The notes beneath the pieces are model-generated. The model saw only the letters and a program-made list of their open reading frames with translations, was not told the DNA's origin and did no database searches. DNA of 63,171 nt, the filler included, from Hausera hauseri (taxonomy: Eukaryota), in assembly GCA_046269625.1 (NCBI GenBank). It is 11 parts of 11 records of this genome, joined end to end, with 100 filler letters (N's around TTAATTAATTAA, not from the genome) between each part and the next. Parts side by side here need not be neighbours in the genome. Positions count along the whole stretch, not along the records: positions 57,469 to 63,171 come from JBJURY010203303.1; 10 more parts are not named here. One strand, written 5' to 3'. The position numbers and the translations under genes are program-made. Positions 62,110 through 63,171 of this stretch are shown piece by piece. Within the stretch, counting starts at the first letter, position 1, and every line of letters starts with the position of its first letter.

Positions 62110-63171
62110 GGGTCTGTGGTCAACGCTGAACTGCAAGCGAGGTGCTCGGCTACCCCGCAGTTTGTGGCCCGTCACGGCGAGAATGAAGCCCCGGCCGCCC
62201 ACCCTGCACCATTGGGTCAGACGGCGCCTTTCGTTGCCGCCCAACAGCACGCCCCCGGACATACCACCTCTCCCTACTCCATCTTCCTTTTTGAAACAAT
62301 AAACATTTACATATACAGCATTTCACCTACACACTGCGGCTATTCACAACTTCATATATACTTACTCTACTCCTCTAACTTCTTCACACACAATGGATCT
62401 GTAGTGCCTTTCGCCGGACCCCTCCAACCTTCTACAACTTGTGCCTGCCTTCACATTCACTTCCGTATCCGTGGTGGCATGGATTCATCACCCATAATTG
62501 ATAGCACGGACAAATTCACCAAACCATAGATCCCTATCATTCACTTACCCAAACAATGTGCTTCAAACACTTTGACACAACACACACTCCTCACTAATTC
62601 ACACTGCACTGAATACTTCCTCGACAGCCAAAACTACGCAAAATTGGCTAAAACTTCATCAATTCTGGCTCCAGTCACAAAACGTCGTCGAATCTTTATC
62701 CAAAACCTACAGACTCTTTTTCCACTTACCAGCTTCCATCAAAAATAAAATTACCAATATCATCGATATCCTTCATCACACCGACCAATATACTCAACTT
62801 AACAATGCCACTCTCAAGCTTACTGAGTTGTCAATCGAATCCATCATTCAAAAGGTTCTTCAACGACAACACCATGGGCCTTCAGAAACCTTCTGAATTC
62901 TTGCGCACATCTTTGTCTCATCTCAATACCCTTGGCGTAACATCTGAGCATAGTCCAAAACTTCTTCGCCTCTATTTTCTAAATGCATTGCCCCCTTAAA
63001 TAAGAGCTTTGCTTACCGTGGTCGAGGACTCCACGGCTCTGGACAAGCTAGCCGAACTGGTGGACAAAGTATATGAAGTATTGCACTCACACACAACACC
63101 AAATCTCTCTGCAGAATTAACAACAGAACAACAACAAAATCCAATGCTGCAGCAACAAATTGCGCAATTAC
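62110..63171 (+). mobile_element. 5' part (PBS-like site, type A leader hairpin, gag) of a CsRn1-like element
   Basis: Homologous to 4964-5930 (-) and 53200-53900; MGLQKPSEFLR..YFLNALP..ALLTVVED. Confidence 0.85.

Noticed and set aside
62140-62245. Leader hairpin as a hammerhead or HDV ribozyme, or a tRNA
   Set aside because: No conserved CUGANGA/GAAA core, no HDV nested pseudoknot that I could build, and no cloverleaf or A/B boxes.
61834-62529. 231-aa ORF as a CLUH-retroelement fusion gene
   Set aside because: Read-through from a frameshifted pseudogene into GC-rich leader sequence; no evidence of function.

Overview
This is not one locus. It is 11 short eukaryotic (animal) contigs joined by artificial 100-nt N44-TTAATTAATTAA-N44 linkers, and nearly all coding sequence is decayed. 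Ordinary content: Polinton/adintovirus-like remnants (pPolB twice, major capsid protein, adenain-like protease), LINE fragments, four hAT-like transposase remnants, a full-length piggyBac, CsRn1-type Ty3/gypsy copies, and broken host genes (NUP210, SLC15, cadherin, FKBP4/5, CLUH, an FBXL18-like exon). Main candidate novelty: three contigs (10743-15457, 25070-31608, 47278-52953) belong to a Ty3/gypsy-like family with an unusual apparent single polyprotein. A chuvirus-like class III glycoprotein lies UPSTREAM of the protease, running on to PR-RT-RH-IN. Integrase is then fused through an internal signal peptide to a second secreted module. In one copy this is a WSxWS/FN3 cytokine-receptor-like membrane protein with a cytoplasmic DEDDh pseudo-exonuclease. 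Second candidate: a conserved GC-rich hairpin occurs four times, and twice forms outward-facing retroelement leader pairs around about 4.1 kb of intronless host-gene fragments, with no LTR in front of the PBS-like site. All family assignments are by eye from remembered motifs; no database searches were run.
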